Positions 39,027 through 53,459 are shown, counted from the stretch's first letter. The stretch: DNA of 64,000 bases from Felis catus (GCF_018350175.1 NC_058368.1:168146001-168210000); one strand, 5' to 3'. Translations and numbers: made by a program. The notes: generated from the letters alone by a model not told the origin.

Positions 39027-39259
39027 TCCTCCCCCATCCCTCTCCCTCCACCTTCCCTTCCCTTTCTCTCTCCCTCCCCCTCTATCCCCCTCCCCCACCA
39101 GGTGAAGACACAGCAGAAGTAGCTGTCAAGAGAGCTTTCACCAGACAATGAACTACATCTTAGACTTTCCAGACCCCAGAAGTGTGAGAAAATAGATTTC
39201 TATTGTTTAAGCCACCCAGTCTATGGTATTTTGTATGGCAGGTCAAGCAGGCTAACACA
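38673..39259 (+). mobile_element. MLT1 (MaLR) solo LTR with an expanded internal purine/pyrimidine microsatellite
   Basis: tgctatgga...aaattcatatgttgaagccctaatcccc...gtttaagccacccagtctatggtatttt...gctaacaca. Confidence 0.9.
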
Positions 39260-41937
39260 GAGCATCAATGGAGAAGGGACTTAATAATGTTAGCTCTCTT
39301 TTTTCTTTCTACACTTTCACATGTTGGGGGAAAAAATAAGTAGCAAAGAAGTAGTCAGTTGTTGAAAAGAAAAAAAATGTGAGATCCCCTACAAGAGAAA
39401 CAGATTCAAATAAAAAATACAAACTTTCTCTGTACCATTCATTAAGGAGATTAAGTGGTATAGTTTAAAGAACCAGAGTTGGAGTCAAAAAACCTGAGCT
39501 CTGGGGAGGCTTAAGCCCTTATTTGTAAGATGACTTTGGCCAAGTCATTTAATCTTTCTTTCCATTTGCTCAGATATAATCAAGGAAGTCAGGCTGGATG
39601 ACCTTTAACTTCTTTTCTGCTAAAACACTGTAGGATCCTATAATCTAGGTAGTAGAAAACTAATCAACAAAGAGTCTACTCTAGATATAGTCCTAGAGTG
39701 ATAACAAAGAATTTAAAAGAAATTCCAATGACACAAATTAGATGCCAGTAATCAAGAGAAAAACTAAACATAAAAAAAAAAAAAAACCTGTGAGAGGCTA
39801 AATCCAGAAACTACATATTTCCAAGGCAGTCTATAGATCATAATGAAAACAATTACACAATTTCCATTTAAATAACCAGTTTCTATGATTCAAAAGTGGC
39901 AGGTGCCCCCCACCAACAAGAAGTCCTTGGCTGCTATCAGCTATTTTCTCAGCATAATTTGAATTGGAGAAATTTCTTTCTCCAACACAAACAACACTGT
40001 TTTTCAAGCTGTGAAAATCGGGAATTGAAGAGATTTGATCTAGGAGAAAAGTCAGGTACAAAGCAAATATGTTGGTTTAAAAAAAAATACAGTACAACCC
40101 ATCAAAAATGCCTGTCAATATAGAATATGTGGTTTGAGAAAATCTTTAACTTAAAAGTTTCTAAGTGGCAAAAACTGTGAAACTCATTTCTCCACAAAAA
40201 AAGAATAAAGAATAATTTTCAAAGAAATCAGAGGATTCTAATATGTAAAAAACTCCCAGTGTAGTTGTAGTGTAGCAGACAGAGCCATGGAACTGAAGCT
40301 GGTCCTAGGTTTACATTCTTGCCTTGCCATTTGTGTCATTGTGTCCAAAAAACTTGACCTCTCTGAGCCTTACAGTTTCCTCCACACAATGTCAGTTATA
40401 AATGAATACAATTAATATATGTGAAAGAGCTCTGTAAAAATGTTGTTGCTAAAAAATGTGACACCTTCCAAGAATCCAGGGCATGTTCAATTTCTCAGTG
40501 TCGAAGATGTGATAATATGAGATATAAAAAATACAAAGCCAAACAAAAGGCAAAAGGAATTCCCAAAGTGACGGAATCATATGAGGATACAGAGTACCCT
40601 AAAAGAAAATTTTTTCAATAGCTAGTGAAATCAAAATATAAATACCAGAAGGCAATGCAATAAAATACCATTTTTAAATTTACCAACTTGAGACTAATTG
40701 TTTTTTAACCTAGGCTAAGAAAAAATTTGTTTCGTGGTTACCTATAAGGTAATATATTTTCTTGTTCCTATCAAGATGGCAAACTCCCTCTACTAATGAC
40801 TTCTTCCACAACAATCAATCCTGGGCAAAACCATAGCTTGATGAAGGAAGTAGTTACATGGAACTTAAAAAAAAAGAAGAAGAAAAGCAGACAAACAAAA
40901 ACAAAAAACTATGTTAGAGTCAGACTCCTGGAGCCTATGTTGGAAGGAAACAGGCTGTTGGAAAACTTTTCATTTCTACCCCTGCCTCTCCTCTGAGATA
41001 AGCAAAGCATTCACCTTCACCATACCATAGAAACTAGGCAGTAGGTAGCTGGTCGTTAATGTCAGCAAGGTAACATGGGGCAGTTTAAAAGTTCTTGTGA
41101 GGTGGGGATGAAACTTCTAGGCAGAAAAGAGGCAATGAGTGATCAACAGGAAGTCAGTGGTGCCTGTAGTTCAATGCCGGATTAACAAGCACAAGAGGCT
41201 GGCCGTCAGCCCTTCCCAATTCATATTAAGAAACATAGTGATTATATCCTAGGAACAAGATTAGATCTAGAAATCTAGATCCTTGGACAACTATGAAGAA
41301 CATCCATAATTAAGTAAATACACAAATCTAAACATCTAAGATTGACTTACCTCTCTGGGATGAGTAAGGAAAGAATGGGAGATAGGAGTGAAGGGGAAGA
41401 CAAATCCATGCCGAGCAACACCATTCCTAGAAGCAGGGAGGGAGAGACTGGGTTCCTATACTCCCCTATTTTTCCCAGACTAATCATTCCAATCGGCCCC
41501 ACAAAATGAAAGACAGTTAACTTAAAATTATATTTGCTGCTGCTGCCTTGCAGCTCACAAAAGAAAACTAAATTGTGCCCATGGAAATTTTAGCCAGAAG
41601 AGGCAATGGCCAGTAGGGGGCACCAAACCACAGCAAGGACCAGGACAGAATGGGCTGTCAGTGCAAGACCCAGAAATCCTGGATGGCAAACTGCACAGGC
41701 TTCCTCTAGTTATTTTATCAATATCAACATCACACATTCTTGCACCTACATAATTAAAAATTTGGACTCACTTATGATCTTCTGGAGGAGTTTTACGTAT
41801 CTACTAAAGCAGAATTATTGGAATAGTTGTATTAATAATTTAAAACAAATACAATATAGCTATGGCAATAAAGAAAGATATCAGCAACGTGAGTCATAAA
41901 TAAGAAATCATTAAAAATAATTTAAAATATTGGTATA

Positions 41938-42144
41938 GGGGTATTGCCTGGGTAGCTCAGTCGGTTAACCCTCCAACCCTTGATTTTGACTCAGGTAATG
42001 ATCTAACGATTTCCTGAGTTCAAGCCCCACATAGAGCTCTGCACTGAAAGAGCAGAGCCTGCTTAAGATTCTCTCTTCCTCTCTCTTTCTTCCCTTCCCC
42101 CACTTGCTCTCTCTCTCTCTCTCAAAATAAACATTTTTTAAAAA
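41938..42144 (+). mobile_element. Can-SINE followed by (TA)n at 42168-42210
   Basis: gcctgggtagctcagtcggttaa head, (CT)n, tail. Confidence 0.88.
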
Positions 42145-42164
42145 GACACTTAATATATATGTGA

Positions 42165-42217
<53 letters not shown>

Positions 42218-42837
42218 CAGCTGTAATAGAAAATACAATAGAGGAAATAAATAGCAGGATGGATACCACTAAGAATGAATTACGACTTAGAAAATCAGAT
42301 TGGAGATTCTTCCTAAAAGGCAATACAAAAGGATAAGCTATAACAACACAAAAGGGAGGCCAATAGATGGAAGCAGATGTGAACAGCCGGATAATAGGAA
42401 TCCCCAGAAAAATGGTGGAGAGAGGGAAGTAGACAGAAAAAATGAAAATTTCTGAAGGAATAATTAAAATAAATGTTCCAGAACTAAAGACAGATGAAAT
42501 ATCTCCAAATGATCAGAGTCTTTAAAAGAACAAATAAAGACTCTATACCATAACACACCATGGATAAATTTGAGACCAAAGAGAAAAAGACAAAATTCCT
42601 AAAGCTTCCAGAGAGAAAGGAGATAAATTTTGGAACAACACTAGATACAATATAATATAGTAACATTTTAAAGTGTTTAAGTAATATTCACTCTAGAGTT
42701 TTATATCAAGCCAAATTATTTCTCAAAAGTAGGGCAGAATAAAAATCACTCAGGCATACAATGGATAAGACAGTTTGCCTCACAAAAACCCAAACTGAGA
42801 ACACTCTTAGAGAAGGTACCCAAATTAAAAACAAACA

Positions 42838-42930
42838 GGGGTGCCTGCCTGGCTCAGTAGGCTGATCGTGGGACTCATGATCTCAGGGTCATGAGTTTGA
42901 GCACCACTCTGGGTGTAGAGATTATTAAAA
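42838..42930 (+). mobile_element. Short Can-SINE
   Basis: ggggtgcctgcctggctcagtagg...gggtgtagagattatt. Confidence 0.85.
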
Positions 42931-44098
42931 TATAAAGAAACTCAAAACAAGCAAACAAACAAAAAAATCAGGAAGAAAATGAAAATACACAGGATTATAA
43001 GGGTTATCAAATATCTTACTGTTATTGTCCTATAAACTAAACACAAAGAAAAGGGGAAAACGAAGAATACTCACAACTGAGAACAAAAACTCTAAACAAA
43101 AACAAGAAGCAAAGATATAACGTTAACAAGAACAAGAAGCTAGGAAATAATAAATAATAGAAATCAACAAAATACCAATCAAAATATCAACATAACAAAG
43201 ATTGCTTTTCATGGATTAAGAATATTAACAAATATTGACAATCTTTTCATCAAAAATAGGTGTGAGGTTGGGATGTGGAACAAAGAAGCAAAATACAGAA
43301 TGAAAAGGGGGAGTATCAAATGCTAGATTTTTTTAAAGTGGTATAACAAAGTTGAATATTGAGATGAAGTGGATAAATTCCTAGAAAAATATAACATACC
43401 AGAATTGGCAAAAGAAGAAATGAAGACCATGAATATACCAAATATCATGAAATAATTTGAAATAGTGACAACTCCACTCATTCTCACAAGACCAAAACCC
43501 AAAAAAGGGGGGTTTTAATAATGACTTTCTAATATGAGTTGTACCAGCAAATAGGAAGGGTGAAAATTCCCAGTTCAATTTCAGAAGCTATTAATGGAAT
43601 CTTGATTCTAAAATCAGATATTATAAGAAAAAAAAAGGCCCATTTCACTTATGAGTTAAATACAGAGAAAATAAACAAAAAGAATCTCTAAATAAAATGT
43701 TAGCTAACTGAATCTACAATTATATTAAAAAATGATAATACATAATGACATCATGAGGTATTCTATAATGCAAAGGCAGTTCAGTATCATATGATTATAT
43801 CAATTAATACAGGAAAATACTTGATAAAGTAAATTCTTATTAAATTACTTATTAAATTACTTATTCATGATTTTTTTAATGGAATAGAACTTCTTTAGGT
43901 TGGTATAAACTATACAGGGATACTGTCCCATCTGAACTTAGCTGCACCCCTACCAGTGAAACTCAGTAACAAAATCAATTCAAATACATTTTCAGTTTTA
44001 AATTTTCCTCATTATCTTACTTCTCACCACTCACTACTCAAAATTCATAAAGCATATATAACCAATTAATTGAAATCTCCTTGCTCTACCACCAACTA

Positions 44099-44322
44099 TT
44101 TTTTTTTAATTTTTTTTCAACGTTTATTTATTTTTGGGACAGAGAGAGACAGAGCATGAACGGGGGAGGGGCAGAGAGAGAGGGGAGACACAGAATCTGA
44201 AACAGGCTCCAGGTTCTGGGCCATCAGCCCAGAGCCTGACGCGGGGCTCGAACTCACGGACCGGGAGATCGTGACCTGGCTGAAGTCGGATGCTTAACCG
44301 ACTGCGCCACCCAGGCGCCCCC
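44099..44322 (-). mobile_element. Young felid SINEC_Fc-type SINE
   Basis: CpG-intact. TSD caccaactattt / catcaactattt. Confidence 0.95.
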
Positions 44323-44641
44323 CATCAACTATTTAAATTCAGGCTCCAAGCAATCTTGGATAGCCAAGAATACTCGTATAGCAAAAACCTACAGGAAACA
44401 TTATATTTAATGAAGAATCTTTAAGATTGAGAACGAAAAAAAGGAGACTACTAGCATCACCGCTCTTAAATTCAGTTCTAGAGGTCATGGTTAAAATAAA
44501 ATAGAAAAGAAAAGGAAATGTGTCAAGCTTGGAAAGGAGGGGAAAAAACCATTATTTTTAGATGATATAAATATCCACCCGGGGCAGGGGGGACATTTTT
44601 TTAAGGTTCCAAATAAAAGAGTTCAGGAAAGTTGTTGGATA

Positions 44642-45050
44642 AAGGGTTCTTGCCATAGAGTCTGTTACCTCTAATGGATATGTACATTTGGATGGAAAAA
44701 TAAATTACATTTTTATATTCAGTAACTTATTTACTTTCCCTATAACATTTTACTTTCACTTTCCTCTACCTAGCACTTACTTCAGTTATGAATATAGGCA
44801 ACAAAATACAGTGGTTATCACCAACAGAAATCATGGTTCTTTCCACATTATAGTTGTTGCAGATATCTTGAAATGGCATTGATGTTCATTACGGTTTCAA
44901 AATTATCAGTTATTAGCCAATATTATTATTTAATACATTAAAAAATACACATCTATGTATTTTCACATATCTTTGTATTTTAACTTTATCCTGAGAAAGT
45001 TTCCATAGTCTTCACCAGATTGTCAAAGTGTTCATAACACTTAATTAATT
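44642..45050. mobile_element. hAT-Charlie family non-autonomous DNA transposon
   Basis: ggatggaaaaataaattacatttttat...tatgaatataggcaacaaa...gttgttgcagatatct...cttcaccagattgtcaaag. Confidence 0.7.
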
Positions 45051-45744
45051 CTTCAAAACCATAATTATGGAGAAAGAGAAAATTATCTTGATTTGAACAC
45101 ACTACCCAAAATGGAAAGAAACATTCAGTATATAATGTGGAGTATTTGTTTTAAAGAATGTCTACAGCTTTTTTCCATTAACACATTCTTTTCAGTAACT
45201 TGTTTGGTCCCAACTGAGTCAGAAAGACAACGGGTACTCTTGTCCTAGTTTGGTCTCTATAATTTAAGAGCACTCACAACATTCAATGGGTCAGGTGCTC
45301 TGTCCCAAATGATCAAAACATAAGGGGAAAACCAGTGATGAATAGAAAAAAATATTAAGCCAAATTTATGAATCATTACACAAAGATAACAAATTAGTCC
45401 CTGTCTCTGTGCTGCTTCTTTGGTTCAGTGTTTATAAACTTATAGGAATAAATAGGGTTAAAATGAAAATGAAGTGATTCCAATTCAAAATAAGTTAAAA
45501 TTTTCTGACACTGAAGTGAATTACGAAGTATGCAAGATTTTCATATGGAAGACTTTCTAAATAGATTTTCACTTGTTAAAAAAAGGTTCAAGGCTGAAAG
45601 AAAAGACAAGATAAGTTAAGCTCTGCCAGCTTTACTGATCCATGACAGTAACTTCAGTAGAACAAATCTACTAGTATGAAAGTACCAATCATAACTCTTC
45701 AAATATCCATGAAAGATGAATAAAACAGTCTTTTATTTTCTTTT

Positions 45745-46262
45745 AAGATTTTTTTAAGTAATCTCTATACCAAACATGGGGTTTAAATTCACAATCTCTA
45801 CACCCATCACTGCTGTCAATCACAGGATCAAGAGTCACACATTGGGGCACCTGGGTGCATCAGTTGGTTAAGCGTCTGGCTCTTGATTTTGGCTCAGGTC
45901 ATGACCTCACTGTTGCTGGGATCGAGTCCCATGTTGGGCTCTGCACGGGCAGCACGGAGCCTGCTTGGGATTCTATTCTCATTCTCTGTCCCTCCCTCAC
46001 TCGCTCTCTCTCTCTCTCCCTCAATTATTTATTTTGAGAGAGGGAGAGAGAAAGAGAAAGGACACAAGCAAGGGAGGAGCAGAAGAAAGAATGCCAAACA
46101 GGCTCAGTGCTGTCTGCGCCCTCCCTCCCTCCCTCACTCACTCTCAAGAGTCTCAATCAAGAGTCAGGCACTTAACTCACTAGGCCACCCAGGCACCCCT
46201 ACATAAATAGACATTAAAAAAAAAGTCACATATTCTACTGACAGAGCCAGTCAGGAACCCCA
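45745..46262. mobile_element. Three nested Can-SINEs
   Basis: A short minus SINE is split by a plus SINE (TSD aagagtcacacatt / aaaagtcacatatt), which itself carries a minus SINE at about 46022-46199. Confidence 0.82.
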
Positions 46263-46794
46263 CCAGTCCATTTTCTATTTCCCTAGTTTACATTTCCTAA
46301 TGCTATGTAATATTAGTAAACATAAAAAAATTGTGAAGAATTATAACAACAGTTGAGAATATATTTTCAACTTTTATTGACATTGTGATAGGGCCAAAGC
46401 CATATTTCTTTTATCCATAATCCATGGATTAGTTCTATATTCAAAAACTATTAGATGAATTAATACTATCAAGAACACAAAACTCTATTGTAGGAAAAGC
46501 AATAGAATAATTTAGAATTTTGTTTTAATCAATGATTTGTCTACATTGAAAGATCTTTTCTGTTTTCATGTTTGGACACTTATTATTTCATTGCCCTTTT
46601 AGTTGCTTTGATGATATGACTAACCCCAGGCAGTTGTTCTCTGATTTCCTAAAATACTGATTTATCATTCTACGTAATCAGGGAAAAGAACAAAACAAAA
46701 CTATTGGTACTCATCTTCAGGAAAGGACTTTCACTTTGATATTCAGTGATCCTGATACAATTCTTAAATCTAGACAACTGACCCAATACATTTT

Positions 46795-47006
46795 TTTAAA
46801 ATGCTTTATTATTTATTTTTGACAGTGAGAGAGACAAAGCACAAGCAGGGGAGGGGCAGAGAGAGAGGGAGACATGGAATCTAAAGCAGGCTCCAGGCTC
46901 TGAGCTGTTAGCACAGAGCCGGACACGGGGCTCGAACTCATGAACCACAAGATCATGACCTGAGCCAATTTTGACCACTGAACCAACTGAGCCACCCAGG
47001 CATCCC
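46795..47006 (-). mobile_element. Can-SINE
   Basis: TSD tgacccaata. Confidence 0.92.
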
Positions 47007-47394
47007 TGACCCAATATAGTTTCAAGTGACAGAGCCAGAAGCCATTATTCCCAAAACTACTTACTCTTCTAACTATTCCCATTTACTATATCTAGAGTAT
47101 GTTCAACCTAATACTATTTTATAATAAAGATTTAATGGAAAACACCAGCACACAGTGAAAAGATCCTACTTGTGATTTCTCAAAGCTCCACTGACTTTTG
47201 TCAATCTTGTACCATTTACAAGAGATAACTGAAGCAACCACTGTTCTCAGGGCTCATATAAACAGTAACACGCCTACTCCCAGCAAGACTTATGGAACTT
47301 GTGCTATTATTAAATATCTAAATCTCTGAAAAACAGTATTCACCACCCTAAAGTCAGGTCCTGTTTTCATTTTTATTTGACCAGCTTATTCTAA

Positions 47395-47550
47395 ACCAGA
47401 GCACCTCAAACTTTAATGTGCATACACATCACATCTTGTTAAAATGCAGATTCTAACACGGCTGAGCCTGATGGGGGGCCTGAGATCCTATAATCTCTAA
47501 CAAACCTTAAAGTGCTGCTGGTCCTCAAATCATACTTTGAATAGCAAGGT
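47395..47550. mobile_element. MER5A-like hAT element
   Basis: ctcaaactttaatgtgcatac...cttgttaaaatgcagattct...tactttgaatagcaagg. Confidence 0.8.
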
Positions 47551-48829
47551 TCAAGACTGCAATTAAGTTTAACTTCTACAGAAATGTAATATACTTCTCT
47601 TCATATACAGAAATACTTAAATGTCCTTTGGCTTTCTCTCACACAGGTGAACTAATTCCAATTCCTTCAAGTTTCCAAATTTTAGAATGTGACAGATGAG
47701 TGAGTGTGGTAGAGTTGAAATATAGATACTACAAGAATCTTTTCAAGACTTAAAGATATGAAGCAAGATTTCCTTGAAATTTCACACTGTAGCTTTACGT
47801 AAGGTGCAACTACTAACAGTAACCACATTACTAACTTTAATGTTTGAATACTGGGAAATAATTTTTAATAACTCTAATGATTGGGAAATGTAGATTTATT
47901 CTACAGCATAATAAATTGCAACTACTTACAGTTCTCACAAAAATTATTAAAAAACAGTTTTTTACTATTAAAGGTAGTTAACACTATACTAGGAAAAATT
48001 TTTAACTAGCATAATGTTTTCAGGATTTTCCCACAACAGAGTAGTAGTAACTATGTAGGGAATCACTAAAAATCTAGTTGGCATTACAGAACCAATTTCT
48101 CTAAATAAAAGTAAGAACTTGAACTAAGAATAATTCTATTATCAATACTTTGTATATGTTGCATTATGTTACATAAGCCAAATATCAAACAAAAACTGTT
48201 TACATCTAAATGTTCAAAGTATTTGTGGAAAATCCTGCATAATGTGTACACCTAATTTTATTTTTCTGGGTTGTATGGACTAAAGGTTTGTTAAACAACA
48301 CTTGCAAATGCCACTTTGAAAATACTGTGAAGTCTGTAAGTGCATTTCCTAAAATGTTTACCCCTACTATTATTCCTAAATTTACACACACCAATCTCAA
48401 TACTTGAGATTACTTTTTTCAATAAACTTCTCAGTTAACATATAACAGAAAATCTAGAGTTTCTGAAAGAGCTATATACAGAATTCTCCAAACATAGCAA
48501 AAGCAGTATTTCCAAGATATGCTTTAGAACATATTTATAAAATAGACCAAATTTTTATTACTGGACTGAAAGTCAAAAAACTCCATTATGAAATGATACA
48601 TAATTACAAATTATTTCACTTCTAGTTTATACACAGATTAACAAATTTAGGTAGTTAGAAATTCTTACTTATGTAAATTGTCAACACTTAAGATATGCAT
48701 TGTAAATTTCAGGGTGTTACTTAATCCTACCCCCACTAGGAGTAATTTAACCTTGGTAAATTATTATCTTTAATTGTTACTTTTTACTTCTATAGCACAG
48801 AGAAAATTGCTTCCTTTGTCTATGGTTTA

Positions 48830-49080
48830 TTTAACAAATATTTTGTGCCTACTCTGAAGCAGGCACTATACTAGAGTAAGACCAACTACCTCCACAGCAC
48901 TTGTAATATAAACCAAAAGACAATACACAGGTGGACAGATGAATTAAATATGCCCTATGAAGACGGATAAGGTTGGATAAGAGGATAACAGTGAGTAAGT
49001 ATGCTTTATTAGGCTGGGTTAAATCAGGGAAAGCCTATCTGAGGAAGTAACATATGAGTGGAGACCTACCTGTAGGATGT
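48830..49080 (-). mobile_element. L2 fragment
   Basis: ttatttaacaaatattttgtgcctactctgaagcaggcact...cagggaaagcctatctgaggaagtaacat. Confidence 0.7.
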
Positions 49081-49150
49081 TATGAAAAATTAATGATCAT
49101 GTTGTTTCAACTACATTTTCTGAATTTTATTATTTAAAAAACCAAATTTC

Positions 49151-49342
49151 TGAGTTCTTGGGTGGCTCAGTCAGTTGAGCATCCAATTCTTGATTTTGGC
49201 TAAGGTCATGATCCCAGGGTTCTGGAATCAAGCCCCGTGCCAGGCTCTGCGCTGAACGTGGAGCTTAAGATTCTCTCTTTCCCTCTGCCCCTCTCCCTGC
49301 TCACGCTCTCTCTAAAAAAAAAAAAAAAAAAAAAAAAATTTA
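49151..49342 (+). mobile_element. Can-SINE
   Basis: gggtggctcagtcagttgag head, long A tail. Confidence 0.9.
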
Positions 49343-50424
49343 AGAAAGTCAACTTTCATTTATCCCTTATAATAATAAATAGGAACAGCATAAACAACTA
49401 TATATCAAAGACAAGTCTCAACTAGTTCTCGTTCTTAGTTTGATCACTGTCAACAAGGAACAAAGTTGGCTAATTTAAATTGCTGTGTGGCCAGACACAT
49501 CCCACCCTCTAGTAGAGTTGGTAATGAGAAAGAAAAACTAGAGGTTTATGAGTAGGCAGCTGATGGGCCAGGAGAAGAAAGAGAAATAAAGTGTCTGGAT
49601 GATCCATAAACTGGATAAGCAGCTCATGAATAAATCATGAGTAAATGACATTTCTATTTTCATTTTATTCCAAAGAAGCAATAATTTTAATGGAGTAGGG
49701 GGTGTGTGTATGCACACATGCATATATGTGCCATGTCTTTTATACTAACTTCACCCAGCACTTTTCTCTTTTTACTTTCAAAGTATTTTATCTCAAAGTG
49801 TAAGGTTTAAAAGCAAATCTGTAACTATGAAACGGCTCTGGTTCAACGTTATCAGAAAAGGACCAGAACTTTAGATTATATAAATTCTCATGTTTTTCTT
49901 CCGAGATGCATCAGCCACTTGGCACAATACTTCAGTTATTGCAGAAAGCCTGATTCTTCACTCCTTCCCCGATAAACTGTTCAATCAGAACTATGCTGGA
50001 TTTACGTACCAAACTAAAAAGCTAGAATTCAACCCCTGAAAACATGTCAGAGGGGAGAAACTCATTTTCTTTAAAGATATATAAACACTACTCAAAAAAG
50101 GTAGATATCACTTATGACATGTTATACTCTTTTTTATAGGTTTTTAATTAAAGGACTTTAAAATTGACTATAGGAATTACCTTGGAATGTATTATTTCCT
50201 TATAGTGTTATGAAAGTTTTCAATCTATAACTTAGATGAGATCCATCATCACAGCAAAAGTACTGAGACCATTATCTCAAGATAATCCAAGATGGGAATA
50301 ATCTGAAGAATTTAATGAGAAGAATGTACACAACAGGGCTAACTCCATCAAGCTTAGTTACTGGAGACAGATGAAGAAATGTGTGGATTCCTTCATTTTT
50401 TTTAATGAAGAATTTCTGTTTTGT

Positions 50425-51002
50425 GGTCACCTGGCTGACTCAGGTGGTGGAGCATGCAACTCTTGATTTCAGGGTTGTGAGTTCAAGCCCCACGGTGGGT
50501 GTAGACATTACTTAAAAATAAAATCTTAAAAAAAAAAATCTTTTTAGGAGCAGTTTTCAGTTCACAGCTAATTGAGGGGAAGGTGGAAATATTTCCCATA
50601 TTATCTCCTGTCCCCATACATGCATAGCCTCCCCCTTTATCAACATCCTCCACCAGAAGGGTAAGTTTGTTAACAACTGGTGAACTTACAATGACCAAAG
50701 TCCTAATATTTCACAATATGGTTCACTCTTGGTGCTATACATTCTATAGGTTTGGAAAATGTATAATGGCATATATCCATAATTATGTGTCATACAGAGT
50801 ATTTTCACTGACTAAAATCCTCTGTGCTCTGCCTATTTGTGCCTCCTCCACCAAATTCCTTCATTTTTATTTATTTTTTCAATGCAGGTTGATTTTTTTA
50901 TTTTTTATTTTCAGTAATCTCCCCACCCAACATGGGACTTGAACTCACTAGTCTGAAATCAAGAGTCTCATGTTCCATGGGCTAGACCAGCCAGGCATCC
51001 CC
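50425..51002. mobile_element. Short Can-SINE (+, 50425-50538), L1MC-like 3' end (-, 50540-50850), short Can-SINE (-, 50895-51002)
   Basis: SINE heads and tails. agcagttttcagttcacagc...tttcccata...gcatagcctcccc L1MC 3' UTR. Confidence 0.8.
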
Positions 51003-51582
51003 ATTTTATATACTTTTTACATCAGCACTGGCCCCACATGATCATAAGGCTGGTGCACAGAAGAATCTTGATTCCCCACACTTGTAGCAATCTGAGGTGA
51101 GGCAAGGATATGAAAATACGATTATTGGATCTCCTCCTCACCCTCTCTACCCCTCTTCTACAACCCAAAGATCTTCCAAAAAAAGAAGACTATGCATTGG
51201 TTATCTCTGAAACTCCAGCACCTAAGACAGTACTGGCATAAAATATACATTCAAAGAATAAAGAATATTAACCGAAATCTTTTAGATGAGGTTTTCCTAT
51301 CACGTTAATTTATTACTTGAAATACCAAAGAAAATATTGGTACTGCCCTGAAACGCACTTCCCCCTACTATTACTACAAATATCCATGTGAAGTATTGTG
51401 GCTGTAGCCTGAGAGACTAGGTACTGAGAGATTAGGTGAATCCTGACAAAACCAAAAACAGCAGCAATACCAAGTATCCAAAGCGAAAAAGTCTCCTCAA
51501 CAACTCTGAAACTAAGTTTTGAAACATATAGATTGAAAGACAATTTTTATTATCTCCAATCATCTATTAGACATCCATGGGA

Positions 51583-51825
51583 GGGGCGCCCAGGTGGCTC
51601 AGTCGGTTAAGCGTCCGACTTCAGCTCAGGTCATGATCTTACACAGTTCTTGAGTTTGAGCCCCGCATCAGACTCTGTGCTGACAGCTCAGAGCCTGGGG
51701 CCTGCTTAGGATTCTGTCTTGTTCTTTCTCTGCCCCTCCCCCACTCATGCTCGCTCGCGCCCATGCGCGTGCGCGCTCTCTCTCTCAAAAATAAATTTAA
51801 AAACATTAAAAATTAAAAAAAAAAA
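51583..51825 (+). mobile_element. Can-SINE
   Basis: TSD acatccatgggag on both sides. Confidence 0.93.
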
Positions 51826-53459
51826 CAACACATCCATGGGAGGTAAAAAGGAGGGATGCCAGGCATGTTACTAGACAAAGGGTTAGATTCTTAAAAACAG
51901 TAGAAACACTTAATAAAAAGGAACCTTAAATAAGAAAAACTCTCAATGTCTGTAAAGCCCTATGAAGAAGTGATGGATTTCTTTACACTCCATTCCAGTG
52001 TTCAGCTGAAAAGAGGGTGCCTCCCTAGCTCATTTCCAAATGCAGCTAAGTCATGCATTTAACAGCCATTTATATAAAATGAAAAAGAGTAGAGCTTTAG
52101 ATTCCTTGTTTGAAAAACCACACGTTTCTAAGGAAATTTATCTATTAAAACCAAAGCAACAGAACATTCATTAGCCATAAATCTTGAGACTAAATCCCAT
52201 TTAAAATTTCTTTTCTCAGTACAAAGTTTACATACACTTCTATGTTAACAATATTTTATTAAATTATTCCTCCCATATCCCCTTTCAATATTACCAGGAG
52301 GAAAATTACTTAAAGAATAACAGATTACTGAAATTCACCCCAAAAGTGTAATTCTTGGTAAACATCCTTTTCTGTCTTCTCTCCCCTTCCCTTACCCCTG
52401 GTGGGCACATGCACACACACCCCTTCCCAATAATTACATCCAAGCAAGTAGTAGAAATGATGAAGACAAATGATTTGGTAAATAAGGATGATGTAAAAAA
52501 AGAAAAATAAGAATAGCAACAGCAAAGAACATAAATAATGAAAATCAATATCTAATAACGAAGCAAATTATAATAGAAATCATGACACCTGATGGGCTCA
52601 TTGTTCCTCATGAACCACTGAAATGAACAATTCAAATTGGAGCTTTCTCCCCTGTCTGTTAAAGGTCTATCTTCTCTAATATCCTAAAATGTCCCAGTCA
52701 CATCCACATGTGGCAGCTGCTTCTCCTCCCACTTTCCACCTAATATCTGTTTGATCGTGATGAGAAAATTCATTTCACCCATTTACTTATATTAATTTAT
52801 CACATTTTTATTAAGGGCCTTCTCAATTCCAGGCCAACCTCAACTAGAAAAGGTTCACTATTGAGGTTAAGGAAAAATGAAAAGGAGAGAGGTTGCTCCA
52901 AACCCAAGACTAACTCCATCGAATAAGTCTGGACTCTCTTATGCTTTTTCTGTTCCTCCCCCACCCATTCAGGAATCTAGCAGGTGGTAGGTAGCACCCA
53001 CACATGCGCATAGGCGTGGGTAGCACAAAACAGCTTAAAATTGCTAATGAGCCCCTGACACCTGTTAAAGCCATAGAAGTACTCTTTATTCATCACAACA
53101 CAGGATCAAACGCTAGAGAAAATATTGGAAGGTGCTACAATGCACACATTGTGAAAGATGAGTCTTTACCATGAAGGAAATTATTATTATAGGCAACTTC
53201 ATGAGAATATATTTATGGACTGGTACATGCTTTGAGTTGGCTATATCTGCCAAAAAACTACAAACTATAACAACTATAAAATAACCTGCTCAGGGAGACT
53301 CAATTATAAATGCAAGGTTTTGCCATGGATCTATCTTATTTGTGACATCTTAATATTTCATGGAGTTCCTTTCACACAGTTGGAAAACACCTTCCAAGTA
53401 CTTGGTAAGAGAACTAAAGAGGAAGTGAAAGTAAGAACTCTTCAAAGATCTTCAAAACA

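Larger units (their letters stand above)
40700..44640 (+). mobile_element. Fragmented old L1 (ORF1/ORF2 remnants) with inserted SINEs
   Basis: A-rich plus strand. ttcctaaagcttccagagagaaa (ORF1-like), gatgaagtggataaattcctagaaaaata (ORF2-like), ttagatgatataaat. Confidence 0.7.

Noticed and set aside
38762..39151. Five overlapping ORFs of 79-128 aa
   Set aside because: They are translations of GA/CT microsatellite expansions inside an MLT1 LTR.
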